Shown here piece after piece: positions 32,101-40,985 of a stretch of 64,000 nt of DNA (its first letter is position 1; every line of letters starts with the position of its first letter). Position numbers and translations under genes: made by a program. A model generated the notes under the pieces. The model made no database searches. It was given only the letters and a program-made list of their open reading frames with translations, and was not told the origin of the DNA. The DNA comes from an uncultured delta proteobacterium (GTDB lineage Bacteria; Myxococcota_A; Polyangia; Polyangiales; Polyangiaceae), in NCBI GenBank assembly GCA_963806225.1, contig CAWDXG010000004.1:1952001-2016000 (forward strand). Reading direction: 5' to 3'.

Positions 32101-33171
32101 ATGACTCCCGAACAGGCCCTGGAAGAAGCGCGACAAGGCAAGCTGCGCCCCGTCTACCTGATCGCGGGCGAAGAGCAGCACCGGCAGACGGAGGTGGTGC
32201 GGGCTCTGGAGCAGGCGGCGCTCGCCGGCGGCACACCGGGGCTCAACGAGGATCACCTGATGGCCGGCGAAGTGCCGGTCGACGCGGTGGTGTCGGCGTG
32301 CCGCACGCTGCCGATGATGGCGAAGACACGGCTGGTGGTGGTGCGCTCGCTCGAGCGCTGGGAGCCGCGCGGCAAGGGCCAGAGCGCCGAAGCGCTGGAT
32401 CGCCTGGCGGCCTACGCGGCGGCTCCCTCCCCCTCGACGGTGCTCTTGATGGTGGCGGGCAAGCTGGACGCGCGTCGCAAGCTGGTCACGACCGCCAAGA
32501 AGGGCGGCTTCCTGGTGAGCTGCGAGCCGCTGTCGCCCCGCGCGCTGCCGGCATGGGTGGTCGACGCCGCGCGCGCGCACGGCAACGCTCTGGCTCCCGG
32601 CGTGGCGGAGCTGATCGCCGAGCTCGCCGGTCCCGAGCTCTCCGCCGTCGCCGACGCGCTGGAGCGGGTGTGTCTGTACGTCGGCGCCGACGCGGAAGTG
32701 ACCGAGGATGCCGTCGCCGAGTGCATCGTCCGGCTGCGTCCGGCCACGGTGTGGGAGCTCGTCGGCGCCGTGGGGCGCCGCGACGTGGGCGCGGCGCTGT
32801 CCACGCTCGACTCGGTCTACGACCCGCACGACCGCGGGCTCAGGCTGGTGGGCGTGCTGGCGTGGTCGACGCGACAACTGCTCAAGTTCGAGGCAGCGAC
32901 GCGCGCCGGGTTGCCCCCGCCGGAAGCGGCGAAGCGGGCGGGCGCGCCGCCTTTCAAGGCGCGCGAGCTGGCCGAGCAGGTCAAGCTGGTGCCGCGCCGC
33001 GATCTGGAACGCTGGCTGGAGACGCTGGCTGGGGTGGACTTCGCGCTGAAAGGCGGCTCGCGCCGGCCCCCGAAAGCCGTGCTGGAACACGCGATCCTGG
33101 CGATGTGCCAGGCACGCGGCGGCGGGCGCAAGCGGCCGGCCAAAGGGCCGGCAACGCGGCCTGGCGCTTGA
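32101..33171 (+). CDS. holA: DNA polymerase III subunit delta
   Basis: LRPVYLIAGEE, TLPMMAKTRLVVV, KLDARRKL, LERVCLY, DFALKGG. Confidence 0.85.
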   Translation: MTPEQALEEARQGKLRPVYLIAGEEQHRQTEVVRALEQAALAGGTPGLNEDHLMAGEVPVDAVVSACRTLPMMAKTRLVVVRSLERWEPRGKGQSAEALDRLAAYAAAPSPSTVLLMVAGKLDARRKLVTTAKKGGFLVSCEPLSPRALPAWVVDAARAHGNALAPGVAELIAELAGPELSAVADALERVCLYVGADAEVTEDAVAECIVRLRPATVWELVGAVGRRDVGAALSTLDSVYDPHDRGLRLVGVLAWSTRQLLKFEAATRAGLPPPEAAKRAGAPPFKARELAEQVKLVPRRDLERWLETLAGVDFALKGGSRRPPKAVLEHAILAMCQARGGGRKRPAKGPATRPGA

Positions 33172-33288
33172 CCCCCGGAGTCGGCCGCACCATCTTCATG
33201 AGCGATGTGTGCGGGGGCGTGAGCCGGAAAACCCCAGAGAACCCGGCCGGGTGTAGAAACTTTGGATGCTGCCGGCTCCTCGCGTGAC

Positions 33289-34002
33289 ATGGAAAAGACC
33301 ATCGAAGACCGCCTCCCCCACCTGGAACCGCTAGCCCAGGCGCCGATACCGACGCGCCATGGGGTGTTCCAGATGCATGTGTTCCGCTGGGACGACCCGA
33401 CGGCACACCCGGGCCTGAGCAACGAGCACCTGGCGCTCGTGATGGGCGACATCCAGGGCCGGACCAACGTGCCGGTGCGGGTGCACTCGGAGTGCCTGAC
33501 CAGCGAGGTCTTCGGGTCGCTCAAATGCGACTGCAAGGAGCAGCTGGAGCGCGCGCAGGCGGAGATCGCCAAGCGCGGCTACGGGGCCATCCTGTACCTG
33601 CGCCAGGAGGGCCGCGGCATCGGTCTGGCGAACAAGATCCGCGCCTATGCGCTGCAGGCGCTGGGCGCCGACACGGTGGAAGCGAACGAGCTGCTCCACC
33701 TCCCGGTGGACGCGCGCCAGTACGACGTAGCGGCCGCGATGCTGGCCGAGCTCGGCGTGGAATCGATCGAGCTGATGACGAACAACCCGGAGAAGATCGA
33801 CCAGCTCCGGGAGCTCGGTGTGACGGTGGAGAAGCGCATCCCGGTGCTGGTGGCGGCGAACGCGTTCTCGGCGCCGTACCTCGAGGTCAAGCGCCGCCGC
33901 ATGCACCACGAGCTGCCGAGCCAGCCGAACCACAAGAAGCCGGCCCGGACCGACGGCACACAGCCCAGCGAGCCCACCGAGGATCTGACGGGCACGCGGT
34001 AG
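33289..34002 (+). CDS. ribA: GTP cyclohydrolase II
   Basis: VRVHSECLTSEVFGSLKCDC, YLRQEGRGIGLANKIRAY, LMTNNPEK. Confidence 0.96.
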   Translation: MEKTIEDRLPHLEPLAQAPIPTRHGVFQMHVFRWDDPTAHPGLSNEHLALVMGDIQGRTNVPVRVHSECLTSEVFGSLKCDCKEQLERAQAEIAKRGYGAILYLRQEGRGIGLANKIRAYALQALGADTVEANELLHLPVDARQYDVAAAMLAELGVESIELMTNNPEKIDQLRELGVTVEKRIPVLVAANAFSAPYLEVKRRRMHHELPSQPNHKKPARTDGTQPSEPTEDLTGTR

Positions 34003-34017
34003 GGCGTCCCGAGCTGC

Positions 34018-35415
34018 CTACGCGCCCTTCGCCTTCTTGGCCGCAGCGGCAAGGCGCGACTTCAGGCGTGAGGCATAGCCCGCCTTGTTCTCCTGCCTGG
34101 CGCGTCCGACTGCGAGCGCGTCGTCGGGGACGTCGCGGGTGACGGTGGTGCCGGTTGCGACGTAGGCGCCCTTGCCGATGGTGACCGGCGCGACGATCTG
34201 CGAGTCGCTGCCGATGAACGCGCCCTCGCCGATCACGGTGCGGTGTTTCTGGAAGCCGTCGTAGTTGCAGAAGATGGTGCCGGCGCCGACGTTGGCACCC
34301 TCGCCCACGTCGCCGTCGCCGAGATAGGCGAGATGGTTCGCCTTGGCGCCGCGGCGCACGCGCGTCTTCTTGGTCTCGACGAAGTTGCCGATGTGCGCTT
34401 CGGCCTCGATGTCGCTGCCGGGCCTGAGATGGGCGAAGGGGCCGATCTGCGCGGCATCGCCGACGCGACTGTCGGTTGCGACGGAATACGGCTTGAACAA
34501 GGCGCCGTCGCCCACCTCGGTGTTGGTGAGCACGCAGCCGGCGTCGATGGTCGTCCCCGAGCCGATGCGCGTTCCGCCGCGCAGGCTGGCGCCGGCTTCG
34601 ATCACGCTGTCCTGGCCGATCACGACGCCGTCGTCGATGCGCGCGCCGGCGTGCACCGTGACCCCCGCGAGGCGATGGCGGTCGGCGATGCGCTCGTAGA
34701 GCCGCGCTTCGGCGTCCGCGAGCTGGCGGCGATCGTTGACGCCGATCAGGCCGTCCGGGTGCCCCTCGACGGCGTGCGCGCCGCCCTCGCGCGCGGCGAG
34801 GGCGACCGCGTCGGTGAGGTAGTACTCGCCCTGCGCGTTGGCGGGCTGCACGCGCGCTAGCGCCTTCTTCAGGAACGCGGTGCCTGCGGCGTACACGCCG
34901 GCGTTGACCTCGCTGACGGCGCGCTGCTCGTCGCTCTCGAGATCGCGGTCCTCGCGCACCTCGGTCACGTTACCCTGCGCGTCGCGCAGCACGCGGCCGT
35001 AGCCGGAGGGCTCGTCGAGCCGGCAGCTCATCAGCGCGAGGTCGCCCTCGAGCGCGGCGAGCACGGCGGCGATGTCGTCGGGGCTGACGAGCGGCGTGTC
35101 GCCACACAGCACGAGCACGCGCTCGCTCTGCACCTTGTCGAGCCCGACGCGGGCTGCGTCGCCCGTGCCACGCGGCGGATCCTGCACGGCCGTCTCGATG
35201 CGATCTCCGAAGTCGGCGCGCAGGCGCTCGGCGATCGACGCTTCGTGCCCGGGGCTGACCACCACGACGACGCGCGTGGCTCCGGCGTCGATGGCGGCGC
35301 GCACGGGGAAGTAGCAGAGCGGCCGCCCGGCGAGCGGGTGCAGCACCTTGGCGAGCGCGCTCTTCATGCGCTTGCCCTGGCCTGCGGCGAGAACGATGGC
35401 AGTCAGCTGGGACAT
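34018..35415 (-). CDS. glmU: Bifunctional UDP-GlcNAc pyrophosphorylase / GlcN-1-P acetyltransferase
   Basis: LAAGQGKRMKS, GTGDA, NAQGEYYLTD, GPFAHLRPG, GNFVETKK, HLAYLGD, NYDG. Confidence 0.97.
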   Translation of the reverse strand: MSQLTAIVLAAGQGKRMKSALAKVLHPLAGRPLCYFPVRAAIDAGATRVVVVVSPGHEASIAERLRADFGDRIETAVQDPPRGTGDAARVGLDKVQSERVLVLCGDTPLVSPDDIAAVLAALEGDLALMSCRLDEPSGYGRVLRDAQGNVTEVREDRDLESDEQRAVSEVNAGVYAAGTAFLKKALARVQPANAQGEYYLTDAVALAAREGGAHAVEGHPDGLIGVNDRRQLADAEARLYERIADRHRLAGVTVHAGARIDDGVVIGQDSVIEAGASLRGGTRIGSGTTIDAGCVLTNTEVGDGALFKPYSVATDSRVGDAAQIGPFAHLRPGSDIEAEAHIGNFVETKKTRVRRGAKANHLAYLGDGDVGEGANVGAGTIFCNYDGFQKHRTVIGEGAFIGSDSQIVAPVTIGKGAYVATGTTVTRDVPDDALAVGRARQENKAGYASRLKSRLAAAAKKAKGA

Positions 35416-35561
35416 CGCTCGCACGAATGCCACTTCCGCGCGCAGGTGACTACTGGCGAGGCGCCCGATCGCGGCGGAATCGCAGGCGTGCCGGACACAT
35501 GACGCAGCGCGTCATAAAAGCGGCGTTTGGGCTGGCCCTACGGCCAGATACACTGCGTTTC

Positions 35562-38500
35562 ATGCGCATGTCAGTAAAGTCCGCGCTGCTGGGGGCCGTC
35601 GCGCTATCGGCGGCGGTGTCGTGCTCGGGGGACTTCAATACGTCACGCCCGCCCGCCCAGAAGACCACGCTCGGCGACGACATGTACTCGACGCTCTGCG
35701 ATCGGGTCGGCGCAAGCGTGCTCGCCGAGGATCTGTCGGGCGCGTCGTACCACGCCCTGTGCCACATGGCGCCGGACGGGACGTACGCCGACAAGGTCGA
35801 CGAGAGCCCGGCCGTGCTGCCGCCGGTGGCGGGCAAGGCGGTGCTGTCGCGCAAGTACGCCATCTCGAAGCTGGAAGCGATGGCGCGCCGCCGCAAGGAT
35901 CTGATCAAGGCGTTCAATGCGACCTTCGACGATGGCGACGTCCCGATCCCGTTCGACCCGGGTGGCGCGACGATCAACGGGCATGCCGCGTTGACCGCAT
36001 TCCTCCAGGCGATCGTGCCTCTGTACGAGCACAACCCGGTGGAACCGAAGAGCGAACCGATGATGCCGGGGCTCACGCGGGCGACGGGGCGGCTGTTCGC
36101 GGCGCTCGCGGGTCCCGGCGAGAGCCCCTATACGGACTTCGCGAAGAACGCGGGGACCCGGAAGCAGGCGAACGACGACATGGGCAAGATCGCCGGCGAC
36201 GCGCAGGACGCCATGGCGAGGATCGCCCCACGCCAGGGCTATCGCCCGCTGCGCGTCGCGCTCGGCGCCATCCGCCCCGCCCTCGCCTACCCCGGGCTGC
36301 GCGAGATGGCGCAGACGCTGGTGCCGGAGCTCGGCCCTGGCGGCTCGATGCACGACCAGCTGCAGAACGTGCTCGGCGCCATCCAGCAGGACCTGGCCAC
36401 GGTCGTCGACAACCCGAAGATCCCGAAGCCCTACCAGCTGGTCGATCCCACGAAGCTGCAGCCAAACCGTGCGCGCACGGACATGGAGGTGCTGCGGGCG
36501 ATCCTGCTGGCCGAGGATCCGGCATTCGAGGCGGCCGGCGCACAACCGCAGTATCTCGTGCGGCGCGATCTGCGCGGCTTCGCGCTGCCGGCGCCGGGCC
36601 AGAGTGTCATCGGGGTGGACGCGTACGGGCGCGCCCAGGTGGACGGGCTGGGTCGCTTCCTGGCCTCAGGTGGAAGCGGGCTCGCGAAGGTCGACACGCC
36701 GTTCGTGGTGCCCGACTTCACGCGCGTGGGCACGCCGGACACGTTCGGGCGAGCGCTCGTCAACGGTCAGCTGCTCTACCAGTACATCGACACCAGCCAG
36801 ACCTTCGGCGCCTCGGCGATGCGCGACCTGGCGCCGCTGCTCGATCCCGATCCGACCAACAATCACGAGACGGTCACGGATCTGCTGGCCGGCGCCTACA
36901 AGCTGTTCGGCGACCAGTCGAAGGCGACGGGGTCCTGGGGCAGTGACTACCAGGCGTTCGACGGCGCGTCGTCGCCCCTGACCGACTTGATCTACGCGGC
37001 GGGCTGGATGTTCGCGGACAAGGACAGCGACGCGACACTGGCAATGTTCAAAGACCTCGCGACGGAGCACGAGCAGGTGCTCGCGCGCGTGATCGGGGCG
37101 GCGCTGAAGGTGCGCGAAATCTCGAACAAGTATCCGGACGTGAAGCTCGACCCGAACGACACGTTCTGGGACGAGATGGCCGAGGAGGTCGTCAAGATCG
37201 CCAAGGACCCTGCCCTGTTCAAGGACGTGCTGCGCGCGCTCGAGAACCCCGACGTGCAGCAGTACGCGGGCACCGCGTTCGGCAACTACTCGGCGTACCG
37301 CGATGCGCTGACCTACAACCCGAACAGCATCAACGGCGCGCCGCTGGATCTCGACAACCCGGTGCTGGATCTCAAGAACCCGTCGAATCCCGCCGACTAC
37401 AGCGGCTCGCCCGTCGATCCGCACAAGCCGGTCGACTACTCGGCGCCGGACACCGGCTTCGCGCGCAGCGAGTTCCACCGCATCCTGCAGATCATCCACG
37501 ACGTGGACGGCGTGAACGCCTGCAACAAGGCCGGAGCCAAGGTCTCGATGAAGCTGCTCGGCTTCAACATCAGCTGGCCGCTCATCGGCAGCTACAAGGA
37601 GTGCGAGCTTTTCGTGTTCCAGAACATGGGGCTCGTCTACCTCGACTCGATCCTGGGCAAGGGCAAGCTGCAGATCCGCGCCGGCGGCCTGAACACGCTC
37701 ATCAGTATCGGCAGCACGCTCGGGCTGAACCCGGATCAGCTGCTGGAGCAGGCCAGCGGCATCACCGGCATGACGCAGACCCCGACTCCGGCAGCGTTCA
37801 ACCGGCTGGTGTTCTTCGGCGCAGACGGCGGCAAGTACGGCACCATGCCCGACCTGGATATCTACGTCGCGGGCAAGAACGCGAACACGAACAAGTTCGT
37901 CAGCGGGCTCATCGATCCGCTATCCACCTCCGGCTGCCCGACGCGCACCGTGCAGGATCCGCAGGGCCAGCTCGGCCCGCTACAGCTCGCTGACTGCTCG
38001 CTCCCCGGCGGCAGCAAGAACGACCTGATCCGCATCCGCGACCACGGCACCATCTTCACCTGGGAGAAATTCAACTTCTACAAGGCGATGCGCCCGATCC
38101 TGAAGGCGTTCGACGATCACAACGCTTCGCCGCTGTTTCTGGAGCTGATGGAGACGCTGTACCGGCATTGGCCGTCAGCCCAGCACAGCCAGGCCGAGTG
38201 CACGCACACCGGCACGTGGATCAAGGGCCAGCCCGGCTACAACCCGAAGTACTGCGCCGAGAGCGGGCTGTCGCACTACGACCCGATCCTGGCGCAGGCG
38301 TTCAAGACGGACCTCATTCCAGCGCTGGGCGAACTGGTCAAGACCATCGACGGCATGACCATCCAGGATCCGCGCAACGGCACCAGCCACGCGGGGCTGG
38401 ATCTCCTCCGCTACACCACGCAGGTGCTGTTCGACCCGGCCTACGCCGCCAAGGTCCATATGGTCGATCGGGGAGGCAAGGCCGCGACCACCTGGGCCGA

Positions 38501-39479
38501 CGGCAAGACGCCCAAGCCGCAGCTGACGCTGTTCGATCTGTTCGCCCAGGCGATGCGCGAGGTCGACCAGAAGCTGGCAGGCGACCCGCGCCTGCAGCGC
38601 TGGCACCACGGGCGCTCGCAGCTCGTCGACCAGTTCCTCTCCGTCGACGGCACCGGGGCGAACGCGGCCTTCCACAACAAGGCCGTGCCCAAGGCCATCC
38701 CGATCCTGATCGACGTGCTGCGCGCACAGATCAACGCCAACTGCCCGTACCGGGAGACGGCGAGCAGCGCGTGCAACTGGGCGGTCGGGAGCCAGAAACT
38801 GCCCGGCGACCAGAACAAGCCCATCACGACGGCGGTCATCCACACCTTCAACAGCCCGGTCTTCGCTACGACGATGAACCTGCTCGACAAGATGAACCAG
38901 GACCCGAAGTCCCGGCGTGAGCTGGAAAAGCTCCTGCACTATCTGCTGGAGCAGGGCAGCGGCAACGACGCGCTGCATTCCACGATCACATCGCTGTCGG
39001 ACATGATGCAGCTCCTGAGCGACGACAAGGACATGCAGCCCATCTACAACGCCATCTCGCTCGTCGCGGCGCCGGCCGACGACACCGTGCCCATCCCCGG
39101 CTGCCAGCCCACGCAGAACAACGACTGCCGGAAGCCCACGCCCGGCGCCACCGACCGCGTGCTGGAAGCACTGCAGACGTTGACTGCGGAACCGAACGGA
39201 CAGAGAAATCCCTACGACCAGTACCGCATCCTCGACCGCATCCTGAAAAACCTCGTGACTCCCATGGACCCGAACAATCCGCAAAGCATGACGCCCATCG
39301 AGGTGTTCCTCGATACGGTGGCGGAGGTGAACCGCGTGGACGCCTCCGCCAGCGTGGACGAACCGCTCACGGCCCAGGACTACGCCTACGTCTTCGGCAC
39401 CGTGCGCGATTTCCTGACCAGCAACACGCGTGGCCTCGAGCAGTTCTACGAGATCATCAAGCACCGCGACGGGAACTAG
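35562..39479 (+). CDS. Large (~1300 aa) lipoprotein of unknown function
   Basis: MRMSVKSALLGAVALSAAVSC lipobox. Long uninterrupted ORF with host-like codon usage. Confidence 0.8.
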   Translation: MRMSVKSALLGAVALSAAVSCSGDFNTSRPPAQKTTLGDDMYSTLCDRVGASVLAEDLSGASYHALCHMAPDGTYADKVDESPAVLPPVAGKAVLSRKYAISKLEAMARRRKDLIKAFNATFDDGDVPIPFDPGGATINGHAALTAFLQAIVPLYEHNPVEPKSEPMMPGLTRATGRLFAALAGPGESPYTDFAKNAGTRKQANDDMGKIAGDAQDAMARIAPRQGYRPLRVALGAIRPALAYPGLREMAQTLVPELGPGGSMHDQLQNVLGAIQQDLATVVDNPKIPKPYQLVDPTKLQPNRARTDMEVLRAILLAEDPAFEAAGAQPQYLVRRDLRGFALPAPGQSVIGVDAYGRAQVDGLGRFLASGGSGLAKVDTPFVVPDFTRVGTPDTFGRALVNGQLLYQYIDTSQTFGASAMRDLAPLLDPDPTNNHETVTDLLAGAYKLFGDQSKATGSWGSDYQAFDGASSPLTDLIYAAGWMFADKDSDATLAMFKDLATEHEQVLARVIGAALKVREISNKYPDVKLDPNDTFWDEMAEEVVKIAKDPALFKDVLRALENPDVQQYAGTAFGNYSAYRDALTYNPNSINGAPLDLDNPVLDLKNPSNPADYSGSPVDPHKPVDYSAPDTGFARSEFHRILQIIHDVDGVNACNKAGAKVSMKLLGFNISWPLIGSYKECELFVFQNMGLVYLDSILGKGKLQIRAGGLNTLISIGSTLGLNPDQLLEQASGITGMTQTPTPAAFNRLVFFGADGGKYGTMPDLDIYVAGKNANTNKFVSGLIDPLSTSGCPTRTVQDPQGQLGPLQLADCSLPGGSKNDLIRIRDHGTIFTWEKFNFYKAMRPILKAFDDHNASPLFLELMETLYRHWPSAQHSQAECTHTGTWIKGQPGYNPKYCAESGLSHYDPILAQAFKTDLIPALGELVKTIDGMTIQDPRNGTSHAGLDLLRYTTQVLFDPAYAAKVHMVDRGGKAATTWADGKTPKPQLTLFDLFAQAMREVDQKLAGDPRLQRWHHGRSQLVDQFLSVDGTGANAAFHNKAVPKAIPILIDVLRAQINANCPYRETASSACNWAVGSQKLPGDQNKPITTAVIHTFNSPVFATTMNLLDKMNQDPKSRRELEKLLHYLLEQGSGNDALHSTITSLSDMMQLLSDDKDMQPIYNAISLVAAPADDTVPIPGCQPTQNNDCRKPTPGATDRVLEALQTLTAEPNGQRNPYDQYRILDRILKNLVTPMDPNNPQSMTPIEVFLDTVAEVNRVDASASVDEPLTAQDYAYVFGTVRDFLTSNTRGLEQFYEIIKHRDGN

Positions 39480-39485
39480 AACTTG

Positions 39486-40979
39486 ATGAAACGAGCTCTG
39501 GTGGGCGCCGCGCTCGCGGTGTCGTGTACGCTGGCCGGCCACGCGCATGCGGGCGGGCTCTATTTCTCCGATCGCGGCGTGCGTCCGCTCGGCCGCGGCG
39601 GCGCGTTCGTGGCCGGTGCCGACGACGCGGGCGCGATCTACTACAACCCCGCGGGGTTGGCCTTCACCGGTCACCAGCTGCTGATCGACGCGGCGTGGCT
39701 GCAGTACTCGAGCACGTACCAACGCAAGGCGCTGCTCCACCAGAACGATCCGAACACGGGGCAGCCCACGGGCCAGACCTTCGAGCAGACGTTTCCCGCT
39801 GTGAAGGGCTCGACCCCGGTGCTGCCGATCCCGACCCTGGCGTACGCCGACAACTTCGGCGTCGACAAGGCGAACTTCGCGCTGGCGGCCTGGGCGCCCT
39901 ACGCGGCCATCACCAGCTATCCGCAGACGATCAACGGCAAGCCCGCACCCCAGCGCTACTCGCTGATTTCGCTGGACGGCTCCGCTCTCGCCGTCGTGGG
40001 CCTGTACGCATCCTACCAGCCGAGCAAGGAGATCGCGCTGGGCGCGGGCATCGAGATGCTGTCGGGCTTTTTCTCGACCACAGTGGTGTTCAATACCTGC
40101 CCGCCGGACCGTTTCATCTGCGCGCCCGAGGAGCCGGAGTACGACGCCTACAGCCGGCTCAAGGTCGGGCCGATCTTCGCGCCGACCGGCACAGTGGGCG
40201 CCATCCTGGTGCCCGACGACATGGTGCGCTTCGGGCTCTCGTTCCACCTGCCCTACTGGATCAACTCGCCCGCCAAGGTCGACGTGCGGCTGCCGAGTGC
40301 GCCGATCTTCCAGAACGCGAAGCAGAAGGGCAACTCGGCCAACGTGAGGTTCCAGCTGCCGTGGACCCTGCGCGGCGGAGTCGAGGTGCGGCCGGCGAAG
40401 CGCACGCGCATGGAAGTGGCAGGGGTGTACGAGGCGTGGAGCATGCACGACAGCATCGTGATGACGCCGGACGACATCAAGCTGACCGGCGTCTCGGGCT
40501 TCCCGAGCGAGTACACGGTCAACACCATCAAGCTCGATCGCGGTTTCAAGAACACCTGGTCTGTGCGCCTGGGCGGCGAACAGGGCTTCGACATCGGCGA
40601 CTACGGGCTCGATGTGCGCGCCGGCTTCATGTACGAGAAGAGCGCCGTCCCGAACAAGTATCTGAGCGCGCTGACGGTGGATCTGGACAAGATCACGCTC
40701 GCCGTCGGCGGCAGCCTCCACGTCGGCAAGTGGCGCTTCGACGGCACCTACGCCCGCGTGATGGGCAAGGCCGCCAAAGTCGATCCGAAGACAGCCGGGA
40801 TCACGCAGGTCAACCCGGTGCGCGCCAATCCGCCGCAGTACCCCGACCGCATCAACGGCGGCTACTACGAGGCGAACGCCAATGTCTACGGCGTCGGCCT
40901 GGCCTATCAGTTCGACGCGCCCGACAAGAAACCGAGGCCGGCCGCCGCGATCCACGGCGGCGCGGGCGCGGGCGACTGA
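39486..40979 (+). CDS. FadL/OmpP1-family outer-membrane transporter
   Basis: Signal peptide then GGLYFSDRGVRPLGRGGAFVAGADDAGAIYYNPAGL (FadL N-terminal motif). Terminal strand YGVGLAYQF. Confidence 0.85.
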   Translation: MKRALVGAALAVSCTLAGHAHAGGLYFSDRGVRPLGRGGAFVAGADDAGAIYYNPAGLAFTGHQLLIDAAWLQYSSTYQRKALLHQNDPNTGQPTGQTFEQTFPAVKGSTPVLPIPTLAYADNFGVDKANFALAAWAPYAAITSYPQTINGKPAPQRYSLISLDGSALAVVGLYASYQPSKEIALGAGIEMLSGFFSTTVVFNTCPPDRFICAPEEPEYDAYSRLKVGPIFAPTGTVGAILVPDDMVRFGLSFHLPYWINSPAKVDVRLPSAPIFQNAKQKGNSANVRFQLPWTLRGGVEVRPAKRTRMEVAGVYEAWSMHDSIVMTPDDIKLTGVSGFPSEYTVNTIKLDRGFKNTWSVRLGGEQGFDIGDYGLDVRAGFMYEKSAVPNKYLSALTVDLDKITLAVGGSLHVGKWRFDGTYARVMGKAAKVDPKTAGITQVNPVRANPPQYPDRINGGYYEANANVYGVGLAYQFDAPDKKPRPAAAIHGGAGAGD

Positions 40980-40985
40980 GCGGGC

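Noticed and set aside
38175..40955. Long antisense and alternative-frame ORFs (this one and many similar, e.g. 56786-58792, 17823-19721)
   Set aside because: These are shadow ORFs expected in very high-GC DNA. They overlap well-supported genes and show no motifs of their own.
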